Shown: piece after piece, positions 40,991 to 52,048 of the stretch
How the letters are laid out: every line of letters starts with the position of its first letter
Position numbering within the stretch: position 1 is the stretch's first letter
Assembly: GCA_041640595.1 (NCBI GenBank)
Contig: JBEPZY010000009.1
Span: 100,263 to 164,262 of the forward strand
Length of the DNA: 64,000 nt
Reading direction: 5' to 3'
Origin: Gemmatales bacterium
Lineage (GTDB): Bacteria > Planctomycetota > Planctomycetia > Gemmatales > HRBIN36
The notes under the pieces: model-generated
What the model was told of the DNA's origin: nothing
What the model saw: the letters and a program-made list of their open reading frames with translations, nothing else
Databases searched by the model: none
Position numbers and translations under genes: made by a program

Positions 40991-42880
40991 ATGGGCGCGC
41001 AAAAAGTGGCAGTGGCGGGTTCACGTTATTTGCGAGGAACACGGGTTCCCACCCTGGTGTTCCGTAGCAGTGCCGAAGCATCTCGGCACGTGGCGCTGTT
41101 GATTGAAGCACTCATCCGCACCAACAACTCGGCGGGTCGGCCCACCGTGCTGGGTCTGCCTACCGGTTCCACGCCCGTTGGCATGTACCGCGAGCTTATC
41201 CGTATGCACCGGGAAGAAGGGTTGGATTTCAGCCGGGTAATTACGTTCAACCTGGACGAATATTATCCCATGTCGCCGCAGGACCGGCATTCGTACCACG
41301 CCTGGATGTGGGAAAACTTCTTCAAGCACGTCAATATTCGCCCTGAGAACATCCACATTCCCGATGGCACTGTGCCGCTCGACCGCATGGAGGAGTACTG
41401 TGCTGAATACGAACAGGCCATTCGCCGGGTCGGTGGGATTGACCTGATGGTGCTGGGAATCGGCCGAACCGGACACATTGGTTTCAACGAGCCTGGTTCC
41501 CTACCGACCAGCCGAACCCGGCTCGTTACCCTCGACCCGGTAACTCGCCGCGACGCAGCCAGCGGTTTCTTCGGTGAGGAAAATGTGCCTCACCAGGCCA
41601 TCACCATGGGCATCGGGACTATCCTGGAAGCCAGAAAAATCGTGTTGTTAGCGTTCGGCGAACACAAGGCTGCGGTCGTGCGGAAGGCAGTTGAAGAGGA
41701 GCCCTCGGACGCTATTGCTGCCAGTTTCCTCCAAAGGCATCTGGACGCCACGTTTATCCTGGATGAAGCGGCAGCGGCAGAACTGACGGCGGTGCGTCAA
41801 CCCTGGCTGTTTGGCCCGGTGAACTGGACACCGCAACTCATCCGCCGCGCCGTGCTGCACCTGAGCCTGACCAGTAACAAACCCTTACTGCTGCTGACCG
41901 AAGACGACTTCCGCGAACACCACCTGTACGAACTGCTGCGCGAATTTGGCCCAGCGCAACGGTTGAATCAGCGGGTGTTCGACGAGATGCTGGCTACCAT
42001 CGAGGATAATCCAGGTGGGCCGACGCCAAAGACCGTCGTCGTCTTCAGTCCCCATCCGGACGACGATGTCATCAGCATGGGCGGTACGCTGATCCATCTG
42101 GTTGAGCACGGGCACACCGTGCATATTGCCTACATGACCAGCGGCAATATCGCCGTGTTCGACCACGACGCGCTGCGTTTCACCGATTTCGTGGCCGCCT
42201 TTAACAAATACTTCGGAATTGCTCCCGACCGCACCGAAGAGGTTTCCCAGCATATCCGCGATTTACTGGAAAACAAAAAGGGGGGCCAACCCGACGAGCC
42301 GGAGGTGTTGAAAATCAAGGCCCTGATTCGTGAAACCGAAGCCCGTGCGGCGGCGCGTAGTGTCGGCATACCGTCGCAGCAGTTGCATTTCCTCGACATG
42401 CCTTTCTACCGTACAGGAACCATCGAGAAGAAAGCGATTTCCGAAGAGGACATTGCTGAAGTGATGGAACTGCTGGAACGGATTCGGCCGGAGCAGATCT
42501 ACATGGCCGGCGATCTTTCCGATCCTCACGGCACGCATCGCCTGTGTGCTGAGGCGATTTTCCAGGCAGTGCGGCGATTGCGGGATCGCGGCTTGCAGTT
42601 CGAGGTATGGATGTACCGCGGAGCCTGGCAGGAATGGGAAGTTCACGAGATTGACCGCGCCGTTCCTCTCAGTCCGGAGGAAATGGAGCGCAAGAAGCTG
42701 GCCATCTTCAAGCATCAGTCGCAGAAAGATCGCCCTATGTTTCCAGGCAGCGATTTGCGAGAATTCTGGCAACGTGCCGAGGACCGTAACCGCCACACCG
42801 CCCAGCTCTACGACCGGCTTGGTTTGCCGCAATTCTACGCTCTGGAAGCTTTTCGACTCTGGCGCGACCAGGACTACTGA
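40991..42880 (+). CDS. nagB: Glucosamine-6-phosphate deaminase fused to a PIG-L/LmbE deacetylase-like domain
   Basis: GLPTGSTP, FNLDEY, GHIGFNEPGS; then SPHPDDD and DPHGTH. Confidence 0.95.
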   Translation: MGAQKVAVAGSRYLRGTRVPTLVFRSSAEASRHVALLIEALIRTNNSAGRPTVLGLPTGSTPVGMYRELIRMHREEGLDFSRVITFNLDEYYPMSPQDRHSYHAWMWENFFKHVNIRPENIHIPDGTVPLDRMEEYCAEYEQAIRRVGGIDLMVLGIGRTGHIGFNEPGSLPTSRTRLVTLDPVTRRDAASGFFGEENVPHQAITMGIGTILEARKIVLLAFGEHKAAVVRKAVEEEPSDAIAASFLQRHLDATFILDEAAAAELTAVRQPWLFGPVNWTPQLIRRAVLHLSLTSNKPLLLLTEDDFREHHLYELLREFGPAQRLNQRVFDEMLATIEDNPGGPTPKTVVVFSPHPDDDVISMGGTLIHLVEHGHTVHIAYMTSGNIAVFDHDALRFTDFVAAFNKYFGIAPDRTEEVSQHIRDLLENKKGGQPDEPEVLKIKALIRETEARAAARSVGIPSQQLHFLDMPFYRTGTIEKKAISEEDIAEVMELLERIRPEQIYMAGDLSDPHGTHRLCAEAIFQAVRRLRDRGLQFEVWMYRGAWQEWEVHEIDRAVPLSPEEMERKKLAIFKHQSQKDRPMFPGSDLREFWQRAEDRNRHTAQLYDRLGLPQFYALEAFRLWRDQDY

Positions 42881-43762
42881 TAAGGCATTGAAAAGAAGGG
42901 GCGTCAACTCCGCGTGTTTTTTCGTTATCGGGTGCAATCAGTCCGTCGAACAGACAATCATTCGAGAGCGGGGGAAGTCGGTCTCCCGTGTTCAGCTGTT
43001 GTCCAAACGAGAATCGCTCTATCGGGCGAAAATCGTTCAAGAGCGGGGGCGTCAGACTTCCGTGGCACGCGGTTCTGGCTGCGACCAAAAACGATGAACC
43101 TGGTCGGGCCAGAATCTCCCCAGGCACCCTGGATGGGTCGTTCGGAAGCTGGTTGTTGTTCCAGGAATCCTCTTGCCCGTTCGCGTTCGGCAGAATGGCG
43201 CTCCCCGATTCTTGCTGGGCAAGTAAAAAGGCCATACAGTAAGTTAAACGAAACGTCATCGCTCAAGAGCGGGGACTAAGCCCTCGTGGCAATCAAATAG
43301 AGTGGTAGAAGGCAGATACACTACCAAGACGGCGGCAAAGACATGACGTATTGCCCCGAAGCAACAAAGCGGTGCTTCAGGGCGGGGTCGAATGATTGCC
43401 GGGCCAAACAAGCAGCGGCGGATCGGCAAGTGATTTGCCGCTGGTCGTTCGCCGTGCAGACTCGCAAGCTCTGCTCCGGTAACGCCATGCCTCATCCAGC
43501 TTGGCTACTCGGCGATATGGGTCGGCTTGAAAACCTCGAACTTCGTTCCCGACCTGGCTTGCAAGGTACATCAATTTTTCGCGGTCGGGTCTTTACAATC
43601 TGGCAGCTTAGGACTCCAAAGAACCTCATAATTGCGGAGTAGCCAGTCGCTTCGGGAGCGCGAGACGCAAGTCGCCGTGCTCTTGAGAACGCGGAGGCGG
43701 AAGGCGCATATCTTTTACAGGACTTGTCTGGCGTATCAAATTCATCAAACGGGGGACCTTTT

Positions 43763-44734
43763 ATGAGCGTGGCGAACTCATCGAACGGCGAAGTCATTGT
43801 CGAAACCCGCAATCTCACCAAGGTTTACCTCGACTTCTGGGGCCGACGAAAAAAGGAAGCGCTGCGGGCTCTCAACTTGCAAATCTATCGCGGCGAGGTA
43901 TTTGGCTTGCTCGGCCCGAACGGTTCCGGCAAGACGACAACCATTAAATTGCTGCTCGGCTTACTGTTTCCCACAGAAGGTGAAGCGCTGGTCTTCGGCA
44001 GGCCGGGTACGGATGTCGCCAAGAACGAACGCATCGGCTACCTTCCCGAAGAATCGTACCTGTATCGTTTTCTGACAGCGGAGGAAACGCTGGATTTTTA
44101 CGGGCGACTGTTCAATCTCAGCCCTGAGGTTCGGAAAAAACGAGCCGAAGAGTTGATCGAAAAAGTCGGACTCAGTCGGGACAAGAAACGTACCCTCCGC
44201 GAGTATTCCAAGGGTATGCGGCAGCGTATCGGCCTGGCCCAAGCGCTCATCAATGATCCGGAATTAGTTATCCTGGACGAGCCAACGTCGGGGCTCGACC
44301 CGATTGGTACCCGCTGGATGAAAGACCTGATTCTGGAACTCAAGGCGCAGGGCAAAACGGTGATCATGTGCAGTCACCGTTTGGAAGATGTGCAGGACGT
44401 TTGCGACCGCATCGCCATCCTTTATGAGGGGGAGTTGAAAGAGCTGGGGCGGGTAGATGAGTTGCTGGAGATTGCCGAATTGGTTGAACTGCGGGCACGC
44501 GGTGTTCGCCTGACCGAAGAGCTGAAACGCGACCTGGCCGAAGTCATCCGCCGCCACGGAGGCGAAGTTGAGAGCGTGCAACATCCCACCACCACTCTCG
44601 AGGACCTGTTCCTGCGGATCGTCAAAGAGAGCCAGCTGCATCCGGGCCGGCGGTATCTGCCTCGACAGGAACGCCCGACTCCCGCAGCCGTACCCGCTGG
44701 TGCTACTCCCGGCGGCAATTCGTCAAATTCCTGA
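43763..44734 (+). CDS. ABC transporter ATP-binding protein
   Basis: [24 protein letters not shown]. Confidence 0.96.
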   Translation: MSVANSSNGEVIVETRNLTKVYLDFWGRRKKEALRALNLQIYRGEVFGLLGPNGSGKTTTIKLLLGLLFPTEGEALVFGRPGTDVAKNERIGYLPEESYLYRFLTAEETLDFYGRLFNLSPEVRKKRAEELIEKVGLSRDKKRTLREYSKGMRQRIGLAQALINDPELVILDEPTSGLDPIGTRWMKDLILELKAQGKTVIMCSHRLEDVQDVCDRIAILYEGELKELGRVDELLEIAELVELRARGVRLTEELKRDLAEVIRRHGGEVESVQHPTTTLEDLFLRIVKESQLHPGRRYLPRQERPTPAAVPAGATPGGNSSNS

Positions 44735-44760
44735 GCATTCAGTTGGTAAGGAGAAGCGCC

Positions 44761-46674
44761 ATGCTGGGCGTTCTGGTCATCGAAACTCCCTACGCTTCGC
44801 TTGACCGACTCGGCTCCGCCTGGGCTGGCTGGCTCAATAGTGCAGGGGTGTGCGCTCTGCTGTTCCTGCTGGCGGGCGAAATTCTGCGCTGGACATTTGG
44901 TCGGGGAAGTCTCGTCATTCATGGGCTGGCTGGGAACTTGAGCCAGCTCACCATGCAAGAAGTTTGGAAACGGCGAACGCTGTGGTTGTGGTTGAGCCTG
45001 ATTGCAGTGGGTTTACTGACCGCGGCCATCGCTTTGCTCCTGGCTCGCCGCAGTCCCGACACGTATTCCCCGTGGCGAACCATAGCCGTTCGCGCCTGGC
45101 AGGTCAGTGCCATAGCGGCTATCCTGGCCTTTGCCTGGGAGTTTATCCTGGAGTTACTGGTTTGTCGCTGGCGGCGTATCTGGGCGGTGGCCCGTCTGGT
45201 TATCCTCGAATCCATCCGCCAAAAAGCACTCTGGGGCTTTGCTGTGTTGTTGCTCCTGGTTCTGGTGGGAAGCTGGTTCATCCAGGTGGAACAGCGCGAT
45301 CAATGGCGGACCTACGTGGACATTTTTTATCGAACGTTGATGCTGCTGATGGTGATTACGGCTTCGGTGCTGGCCTGTTTCGGGATTCCCAATGATCTGC
45401 GTCGGCAAACGATCCATTTGCAGGTAACTAAACCCATTCGGCGGCTGGAAATCCTGCTGGGACGCATCATCGGCCTGATCGTGCTGATGACCGCGATGCT
45501 GTTCATCATTGGTAATCTTGGATTTTTGTATGTGTTGCGCGAAGTTTCTCCTGAGGCGCGAGCTTCCACGATGCGGTCGAGGCTATACCAGCTTGGAGAG
45601 CTCCATTTCGAGGAGCTCGACAACGAAGGCAACTGGCAGCGTAAGAGCACCGGTACGGATGTCGGAGAGGAATTCACTTACCGCTCGCACATTCGGGGTG
45701 GGGCACCCCAGGAGGCAGTGTGGACTTTTAGGCAGCTGCCGCCGCATTTGTTTGACAAGAACTGGCAGCAGCGCAATCGTCGGCTGGTTGCCGAATTCAT
45801 GTTCGACATCTACCGCATGACTCGCGATTATGAACGCGGCGGAGCCGGAGGAGTGGCGGTGCTCATCCGCTTCATCAACACCCGGTTGTGGGATGCCGCC
45901 CTCGAAGCTCAATATCGCCAGGAAGCCCAGGAGTTGCGGTATCGGCAGGATTGGGAGGAGGTGCTGGCGAAGAAATACGGTTTTTACGAGGTCCCGCTCC
46001 ATATCGCCGACCTGCGCACTTATAGCGTGGATTTTCCGGTGGCCATTATCGAGCGACTGCAAGAAGGGGGAGGCTTGTTGCAGGTTCGTGTCTCCTGCCG
46101 CAGTTTCGGACAGTATCTGGGCATGGGGCCGAACGACCTGTATCTGGTGGTTGGCGAAAGCAGCCTGTACCTGAACTTCATGAAAGGGCTGGTAGGCATC
46201 TGGGCGATGACGGTGATGGTGATTGTGCTGGGAAGCTGCTTCAGCACTTACACCGGAGCCCTGGCCAGCCTGTTGCTCTGCTGGTCGCTCATGTTTCTGG
46301 GCATCCCACCGGTGCAGCAGTTTTTAGGCCAGCTTGGTCCAAGCACCATCCATCGCATGGACGTCAACCCCGGTGGTGGCCCCTTAGAAGCGCTCTACCG
46401 TCTGGCACGCGGTATGACCATGTCCGCACCTTTGCCCGACCACTGGGGCATTGAATTGATGCGGCAGATAGATACGGGATACGGCTACTTGTTTAATGCA
46501 GTGGCGAATATCGTTCCTGACCTGTACCAGTATGACCGGACCTTGCATGTGAGCGAAGGATTCAACATCCCGGGTGGCGAACTGGTAATGAGCCTGATCC
46601 TTCTGGGCGGCTACGTGCTGCCATATCTTCTGGCGGGTTATTATCTGCTCAATGCCCGCGAGATTGCTGCATAG
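44761..46674 (+). CDS. ABC-2-type permease with a large extracytoplasmic domain
   Basis: Multiple TMs; IPNDLRRQTIHLQVTKPIRRLEILLGR motif. Confidence 0.85.
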   Translation: MLGVLVIETPYASLDRLGSAWAGWLNSAGVCALLFLLAGEILRWTFGRGSLVIHGLAGNLSQLTMQEVWKRRTLWLWLSLIAVGLLTAAIALLLARRSPDTYSPWRTIAVRAWQVSAIAAILAFAWEFILELLVCRWRRIWAVARLVILESIRQKALWGFAVLLLLVLVGSWFIQVEQRDQWRTYVDIFYRTLMLLMVITASVLACFGIPNDLRRQTIHLQVTKPIRRLEILLGRIIGLIVLMTAMLFIIGNLGFLYVLREVSPEARASTMRSRLYQLGELHFEELDNEGNWQRKSTGTDVGEEFTYRSHIRGGAPQEAVWTFRQLPPHLFDKNWQQRNRRLVAEFMFDIYRMTRDYERGGAGGVAVLIRFINTRLWDAALEAQYRQEAQELRYRQDWEEVLAKKYGFYEVPLHIADLRTYSVDFPVAIIERLQEGGGLLQVRVSCRSFGQYLGMGPNDLYLVVGESSLYLNFMKGLVGIWAMTVMVIVLGSCFSTYTGALASLLLCWSLMFLGIPPVQQFLGQLGPSTIHRMDVNPGGGPLEALYRLARGMTMSAPLPDHWGIELMRQIDTGYGYLFNAVANIVPDLYQYDRTLHVSEGFNIPGGELVMSLILLGGYVLPYLLAGYYLLNAREIAA

Positions 46675-46713
46675 GCCTGATACTTCCGACTGGTTGGAGC
46701 AAAGGAGCCGGCC

Positions 46714-48870
46714 ATGATTCAGGAGACTTTTACCAGCACACGCTGGCGGAAGCTGATTTACACTGCGCTGATCCTGGTGCTGTTTGTCGCCATGCTGGTG
46801 CATCGTCGCGAGGTGGTCGAAAAGAAGGCGGAGCAGCACAGTTTGACGGAAACGAATCTGGCGCAGGTGGATTTAGGCGGCTCAGCAGCGCGGTTCATTT
46901 TGACGAGCTTCCGCGGGCCACTGGTTTGCTTGCTCTGGTGGGAATCGCGGGCCTTATTCACGCGCAAAGAATGGGGCCGCCTGGAACTGATCTTGCGCGC
47001 CATCACTAAACTGCAACCACATTTCCGAGGCCCGTGGGAATTTATGGGCTGGGACCTGGCTTACAACGTCGCCGTGGAGTTTGACGCTGCCGAAGACAAG
47101 TATCTGTATGTCGCCAAAGGTGTCAACTGGTTGGCAGAAGGTGAGCGCACTTTGCGGCGGCTGGCCTATGATCCGCAGACGCAATCTCGCAAAGAGGTCG
47201 GCAATCCCGATGTGCGGTGGTATATCGGCAACGTGATCCACCACAAGATCATTTACAGCGACGAAGCTGCCATTTTCCGTTGCTTTTTCCACCTGGGTTG
47301 CATTCCTCCGGAATTGTGGGATCCCGATGTGCTGCAACAAAACCCGGACCGCCTGCGGGAATTCAAGCGCACCTATCCGGTCTTCACAGAGTATTTGCGG
47401 CGATTCCGGCACATTGCGGAAGGTGCCGAGGCTCCCATGGATGATGCGATTGTGCAATTCTGCCGGCAATACCGGGGCGTCGTCGGGCGGTATCGCTTAC
47501 TGACAGGGGGACAGGCCTCGCGTCTGAAACAGCCGGACGAGATGCCTTTCCCGATCTGGCCTCGCGAAGTAGATTTGCCACCTCGGTATCACCCCGACAC
47601 TCACCTGGAAAAAGAACAGGAGCCGCACGAAATCCTTTACCACTGGAGCGTCTTTGCCCAGGAACCGTTGCCGCCATTCGACCCGGAAAACCCGTTCCAG
47701 AGCGAAACCAGTCGGCTCTATCAGAATACCAAGAAAAGCCCATACTTCTTCCGTGCTCATCCAGCCCGAGCGAAAGGCATGAAGGCTCGGCATCTGGGCA
47801 AAGATGGTTGGCCAGAAGAGGCCCAGCAAGCCTGGGCGGAATCTTACGAAGAATGGGTGCGGTTCGGGCGACTGGTGGGGCTTCTGCGTCCCCCGGAGGA
47901 AATGCAACTGCTCCAGCAACAGGCGCAGGAGCTGACCCGGCGTTATCCAGCTTTTCTTCAGACTGGCCAGCTACCGCCTGAAGCCACGCGTGATCCTGAT
48001 GCCTTGCGATGGTACCGTGCCTGGCGGACGCTGGAACAGATGAACAGCAACCGTGGGCCGTTCGATACGTGGATGGTGTTATCAGTCAATGGCCAAACCG
48101 AAAAATCCAAAGAAGCCCGACGCCTTGCCTTTGTGGCCGATCGCAAGCTGGCCGGACACACCCTGCAGGCTATCGAAACTTATCAGCAGAGCTTCGATTT
48201 GTGGCGGGATTTGCTGACGCGACCGTTTCATCCGGCCCGCGACGGGACAGTGCTGCTCGGTTTGCACCCGGAGGCTGGCCAGTTCCCCATCTGGGCAGTG
48301 CTCTGGCAGAAACTTCTTGGCAGCGCTTATCGGCAGGTGTTTTACACCGATCACCACGGAGCCTTCCTGCTCAGTCTGGGTAGCGCTGCTGGTGCACCGT
48401 GGACGGCGGGCTGGCCGGTTGGTTTGATGCTGCAGGATGTTGGTCCGCTGATGCGCACTCCTTACGGCCGCAATGATCAGGTTCAGCGGGAGATTGTGGA
48501 CATGGAAATCAATTACATGCGTTTGTGGGCTGAGAGAGAAGCGCCACACTGGTTGCCGGTCGGTTCGGGCTTGCATTTGCTGACGCACTGGGGGCTGGGA
48601 ACCGCTACCCCGGCTACGAATCTGGTTGCCACCCTGTTGCCGCGACCCGGCCAGCTTTCGCTCGAAAACTGGGAATATTTACTCGAACGTATGCCAGGCC
48701 CGCTGGACGATGTTCTGCCCAAAGGTGCCCGTGAATCGGCAGAATCGACCCTCTTCCGCAGTGGTATAGGTGCCCAGCGCCGCTTGATTTCTCCGGAAGA
48801 GGTGCAGGAGTTGCCCCCGCTTCTGGAAAAAATGAAAAAGCCGACTCCCGATACGCTGGGCAAGCCGTGA
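46714..48870 (+). CDS. Hypothetical membrane-anchored helical protein associated with the ABC system
   Basis: N-terminal TM; LQPHF..PWEFMGWDLAYNVAVEFD motif; AAGGAG RBS. Confidence 0.8.
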   Translation: MIQETFTSTRWRKLIYTALILVLFVAMLVHRREVVEKKAEQHSLTETNLAQVDLGGSAARFILTSFRGPLVCLLWWESRALFTRKEWGRLELILRAITKLQPHFRGPWEFMGWDLAYNVAVEFDAAEDKYLYVAKGVNWLAEGERTLRRLAYDPQTQSRKEVGNPDVRWYIGNVIHHKIIYSDEAAIFRCFFHLGCIPPELWDPDVLQQNPDRLREFKRTYPVFTEYLRRFRHIAEGAEAPMDDAIVQFCRQYRGVVGRYRLLTGGQASRLKQPDEMPFPIWPREVDLPPRYHPDTHLEKEQEPHEILYHWSVFAQEPLPPFDPENPFQSETSRLYQNTKKSPYFFRAHPARAKGMKARHLGKDGWPEEAQQAWAESYEEWVRFGRLVGLLRPPEEMQLLQQQAQELTRRYPAFLQTGQLPPEATRDPDALRWYRAWRTLEQMNSNRGPFDTWMVLSVNGQTEKSKEARRLAFVADRKLAGHTLQAIETYQQSFDLWRDLLTRPFHPARDGTVLLGLHPEAGQFPIWAVLWQKLLGSAYRQVFYTDHHGAFLLSLGSAAGAPWTAGWPVGLMLQDVGPLMRTPYGRNDQVQREIVDMEINYMRLWAEREAPHWLPVGSGLHLLTHWGLGTATPATNLVATLLPRPGQLSLENWEYLLERMPGPLDDVLPKGARESAESTLFRSGIGAQRRLISPEEVQELPPLLEKMKKPTPDTLGKP

Positions 48871-49035
48871 CGGGCAAGTTTGTGGTACTGCCCGGCTTGG
48901 CTTTTCTGTATTAGCGGCTCGCCGTAACATCACCGCGTCTGCCGGAAAATGCCCTGCCCACGCTGTTACGGCTTGCTTTGACGAAGGGAAGCGAGGCTGC
49001 TATGTTTCATCATCGGTACGCTAACCAACTGAACT

Positions 49036-49058
49036 GGGGCGAGCCTACTGCTCGCCCC
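49036..49058. terminator. GC-rich hairpin between convergent genes
   Basis: GGGGCGAGC-CTACT-GCTCGCCCC; no clear U-tract. Confidence 0.5.
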
Positions 49059-49133
49059 GACTGCTGACGCATACTGTTTTCCACATCCGTTCGGACTGCG
49101 TCAACTTTTCCGCCGCGCTAACCCATCAGCGTA

Positions 49134-49544
49134 TCAATGTCCGGCTGGTCCAGGCATGGGACAAGTGGCCGGCGTAGTCGGTACTGCCCATTGCATCGTC
49201 GGGCTGACGAAGACCGGGGCGTATTGAGGCCGACCACAGTATCCGTAAGGTCCACACATGCCTGCCCCACCGCCGTTGATCTGATAACCGTGGAACTTGT
49301 AATAGGTTACCCAGTCAATATGCGCCAGCCGTCCGTAGTAATGCTCCAGGGCATCATAGTAGTCGTGCCAGAACTTGAGCCAGCGCTCTTCCTCGGTGGT
49401 GCAATGGCTGCGATTGAAGCGAGTCCAGAATGCCCAGCGAGGCTGATAGCCGCCATAGTTGAGGGTGCCCCAATCGGCGTGGCTCACGTGTGTGCTAGCC
49501 AGAACGCCCAGCCCCACCAGCGCCCACACAACCAGCTTTCTCAT
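49134..49544 (-). CDS. Hypothetical secreted Trp/Tyr-rich protein
   Basis: Signal peptide (SHA-DW); AAGGAG RBS. Confidence 0.8.
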   Translation of the reverse strand: MRKLVVWALVGLGVLASTHVSHADWGTLNYGGYQPRWAFWTRFNRSHCTTEEERWLKFWHDYYDALEHYYGRLAHIDWVTYYKFHGYQINGGGAGMCGPYGYCGRPQYAPVFVSPTMQWAVPTTPATCPMPGPAGH

Positions 49545-50341
49545 GAGTTTCTCCTTTCCCCGACTGGCTTGCGGCGAGTCCCACCCAGGCTTATGGGTCG
49601 CTCGGTATCGGCCTGAGTTGCTCGCTCCGCTTTTCGTGCTTCCCTAATCTTTCCCGCTCGCTTGTTCTACTTTCCCTGCGTGCAATACACTTATCGGCTA
49701 TTTCGACCGAAAAATACGCTAAATCCGCCGCAACACCGTTCCTGCTCGAAACCCCCAGAATAAGAAGGTTCGCACAAAGCCGGAATTTCCCTTTTCCGCC
49801 TTATACGAATCCCCTATGCTCGAATTGGGCAAACTCCTCCAGCCTGCACTGGACGGTATCGGACACACTGAAGTTTGCGGCTGTGTGGTGATGCGGATGA
49901 TCGAATCGCGCATGTGCAGCGTGTCGAGTACACTGAAGTTTTCGGCTGGTGCTATTGGGACTGAAGTTGATGGTTATCCAGCGCCGACTGCCGAGTTCAC
50001 AGAGGCTTGCGGCTGGCGCTGATTTTCTCCGCAAAACCATCCGCTTTGGTACGACCAGCCGGTTTCTGCAACAGCGATGTCGAGCAGCAACCGGATAATG
50101 CGAGTCGATCGCTCGCCAAACTGACTTGACAACCGCGGATTGCGGTTTGGAGCCGCAGGATAATGGGAGTAGAGCGCTCGCCGAGCCAATCGGTTTGTGC
50201 AACTGCCTGGGCTGCCAAACCCGCTATTGCGTTTACGCAATCGCCGGCAACTACCATGTCTTGACGGGGCGTTTGCGTGGTTCGATAATAGTAATGGTGA
50301 ATTGTACCCACCCTTTACGCCCTCCCTAACGGAGACCCGCC

Positions 50342-51670
50342 ATGGCCCGACGAATTTCCCGCCGAACCGTCCTCAAAAGCATGGGAGCGACGATTGCCCT
50401 GCCTTTGCTCGACGCGATGTTGCCGATGTCATCGTCAGCGGCTCCGTCGCAAACCAAGCCTGTGAAACGGCTGGCCTTCTTTTACGTTCCCAACGGTATC
50501 CACATGCCCGCATGGACGCCGCAAGCTGTCGGGCGAAATTTCGATTTGCCCTATATCCTCGAGCCGCTCCGGCCATTCCAGGATGACCTGCTGGTGCTGA
50601 GCGGACTCACTCTGGACAAGGCCCGACCCAACGGCGACGGTCCCGGCGACCATGCACGAGCCATGGCATCGTTTCTGACCGGCGTGCAGGCCCGCAAAAC
50701 TGCGGGGGCGGATATTCGAGCGGGTATCTCCGTCGATCAGGTCGCGGCCCGGCATTATGGTAAACAGACCCGCTTTCCATCCTTAGAGCTTGGTTGCGAA
50801 CCTAGCCGCACCAGTGGCAATTGCGATTCGGGTTACAGTTGCGCTTATTCCTCGACGATCTCCTGGCGGGGCGAGTCCACGCCTTTGCCCAAGGATATCA
50901 ATCCCCGCTCGGTGTTCGATCGCTTATTCGGTCGTGGCGGTGGCATCGGGGGAGTGGGCAAGCCAGAACGGCAAAAGAGCATTCTCGATTTCGTCCTTGA
51001 GGAGGCCAACGATCTGCGTCGGCAACTCGGTCGCAACGACCAGCGTAAACTCGATGAGTATTTCACCGCCGTGCGGGAAATCGAACAGCGCATCGCTCGG
51101 GCAGAAAAGGAGAATGAGCAGAACGTCGTTGGCTTCAATCGGCCCAACGGCATTCCTCCCGAATATGCCGAGCACATCCGGTTACTGTGCGACCTACTGG
51201 TGCTGGCATTCCAAACCGACCAGACACGCATCGCCACCATGGTTTTTGCCAATGAGGGAAGCAACCGCAGTTACCGGTTCATTAACATCCCCGACGGACA
51301 CCATGATCTGTCGCACCACGGCCGCGACCCGGTTAAACTCGATAAGATTCGCGCCATCAACCGCTTCCACATGGAGCAGTTCGCTCGCTTCATCGGGAAA
51401 CTGAAAGCGATTCCCGAAGGCGATGGCACACTGCTGGACAACTGCATGATCGTTTACGGCAGTGGTATCGGCGACGGTAACCGTCACAATCACGACGACC
51501 TTCCTATTTTGCTGGTGGGTAAAGGCGGCGGTGCAATTAAGACCGGCCGGCATTTACGTTATCCGAAGGAAACGCCTCTCATGAACCTGTTCCTGGTTCT
51601 GCTCGACCAGCTCGATATCCATCTCGACAAATTCGGCGACAGCACTGGCCGGCTGCCGGATTTGGTCTGA
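50342..51670 (+). CDS. DUF1552 (HXXSHH) protein with Tat-like N-terminus
   Basis: SRRTVLK, LPLLDAM, YVPNG, HHDLSHH, FGDSTG. Confidence 0.93.
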   Translation: MARRISRRTVLKSMGATIALPLLDAMLPMSSSAAPSQTKPVKRLAFFYVPNGIHMPAWTPQAVGRNFDLPYILEPLRPFQDDLLVLSGLTLDKARPNGDGPGDHARAMASFLTGVQARKTAGADIRAGISVDQVAARHYGKQTRFPSLELGCEPSRTSGNCDSGYSCAYSSTISWRGESTPLPKDINPRSVFDRLFGRGGGIGGVGKPERQKSILDFVLEEANDLRRQLGRNDQRKLDEYFTAVREIEQRIARAEKENEQNVVGFNRPNGIPPEYAEHIRLLCDLLVLAFQTDQTRIATMVFANEGSNRSYRFINIPDGHHDLSHHGRDPVKLDKIRAINRFHMEQFARFIGKLKAIPEGDGTLLDNCMIVYGSGIGDGNRHNHDDLPILLVGKGGGAIKTGRHLRYPKETPLMNLFLVLLDQLDIHLDKFGDSTGRLPDLV

Positions 51671-52048
51671 TACCTGGTGCGTGGGTAAACCTAACGGATT
51701 GCGCTCGCGTCGTCAGTCCGCTATCACTCTGCGCGATAAAGTTCCGTTCGGCTTGGTTTTACGCTGAGACTATATCTGGCGGTCGTCATCCGGCATAAAG
51801 CGCGAGTGCCTGTACGGAAGGTCGGTTGCTCATGTGCGTGCGTGATTTTTGCGCCGCCGGTTCAGGAACCCCGGTCTAAGTTTTCTTTTGCGCGGATGGT
51901 TAGCCACAGATCCTGCCCAGTGGTAGTATCTGCGCTCTGCATCGCAACAAGTCTAATGTTGTCCCTGGTCGGTTTTTTCGCTAAACGTGATAAAGGACGT
52001 AGCCGGTCTGAACAGAGCCATCACGGGGCATCTAAGTAAAGGAGGCCA

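Noticed and set aside
42881..43762. Gene or ncRNA in the gap between nagB and the ABC operon
   Set aside because: Overlapping ORFs on both strands, none with an RBS or family signature
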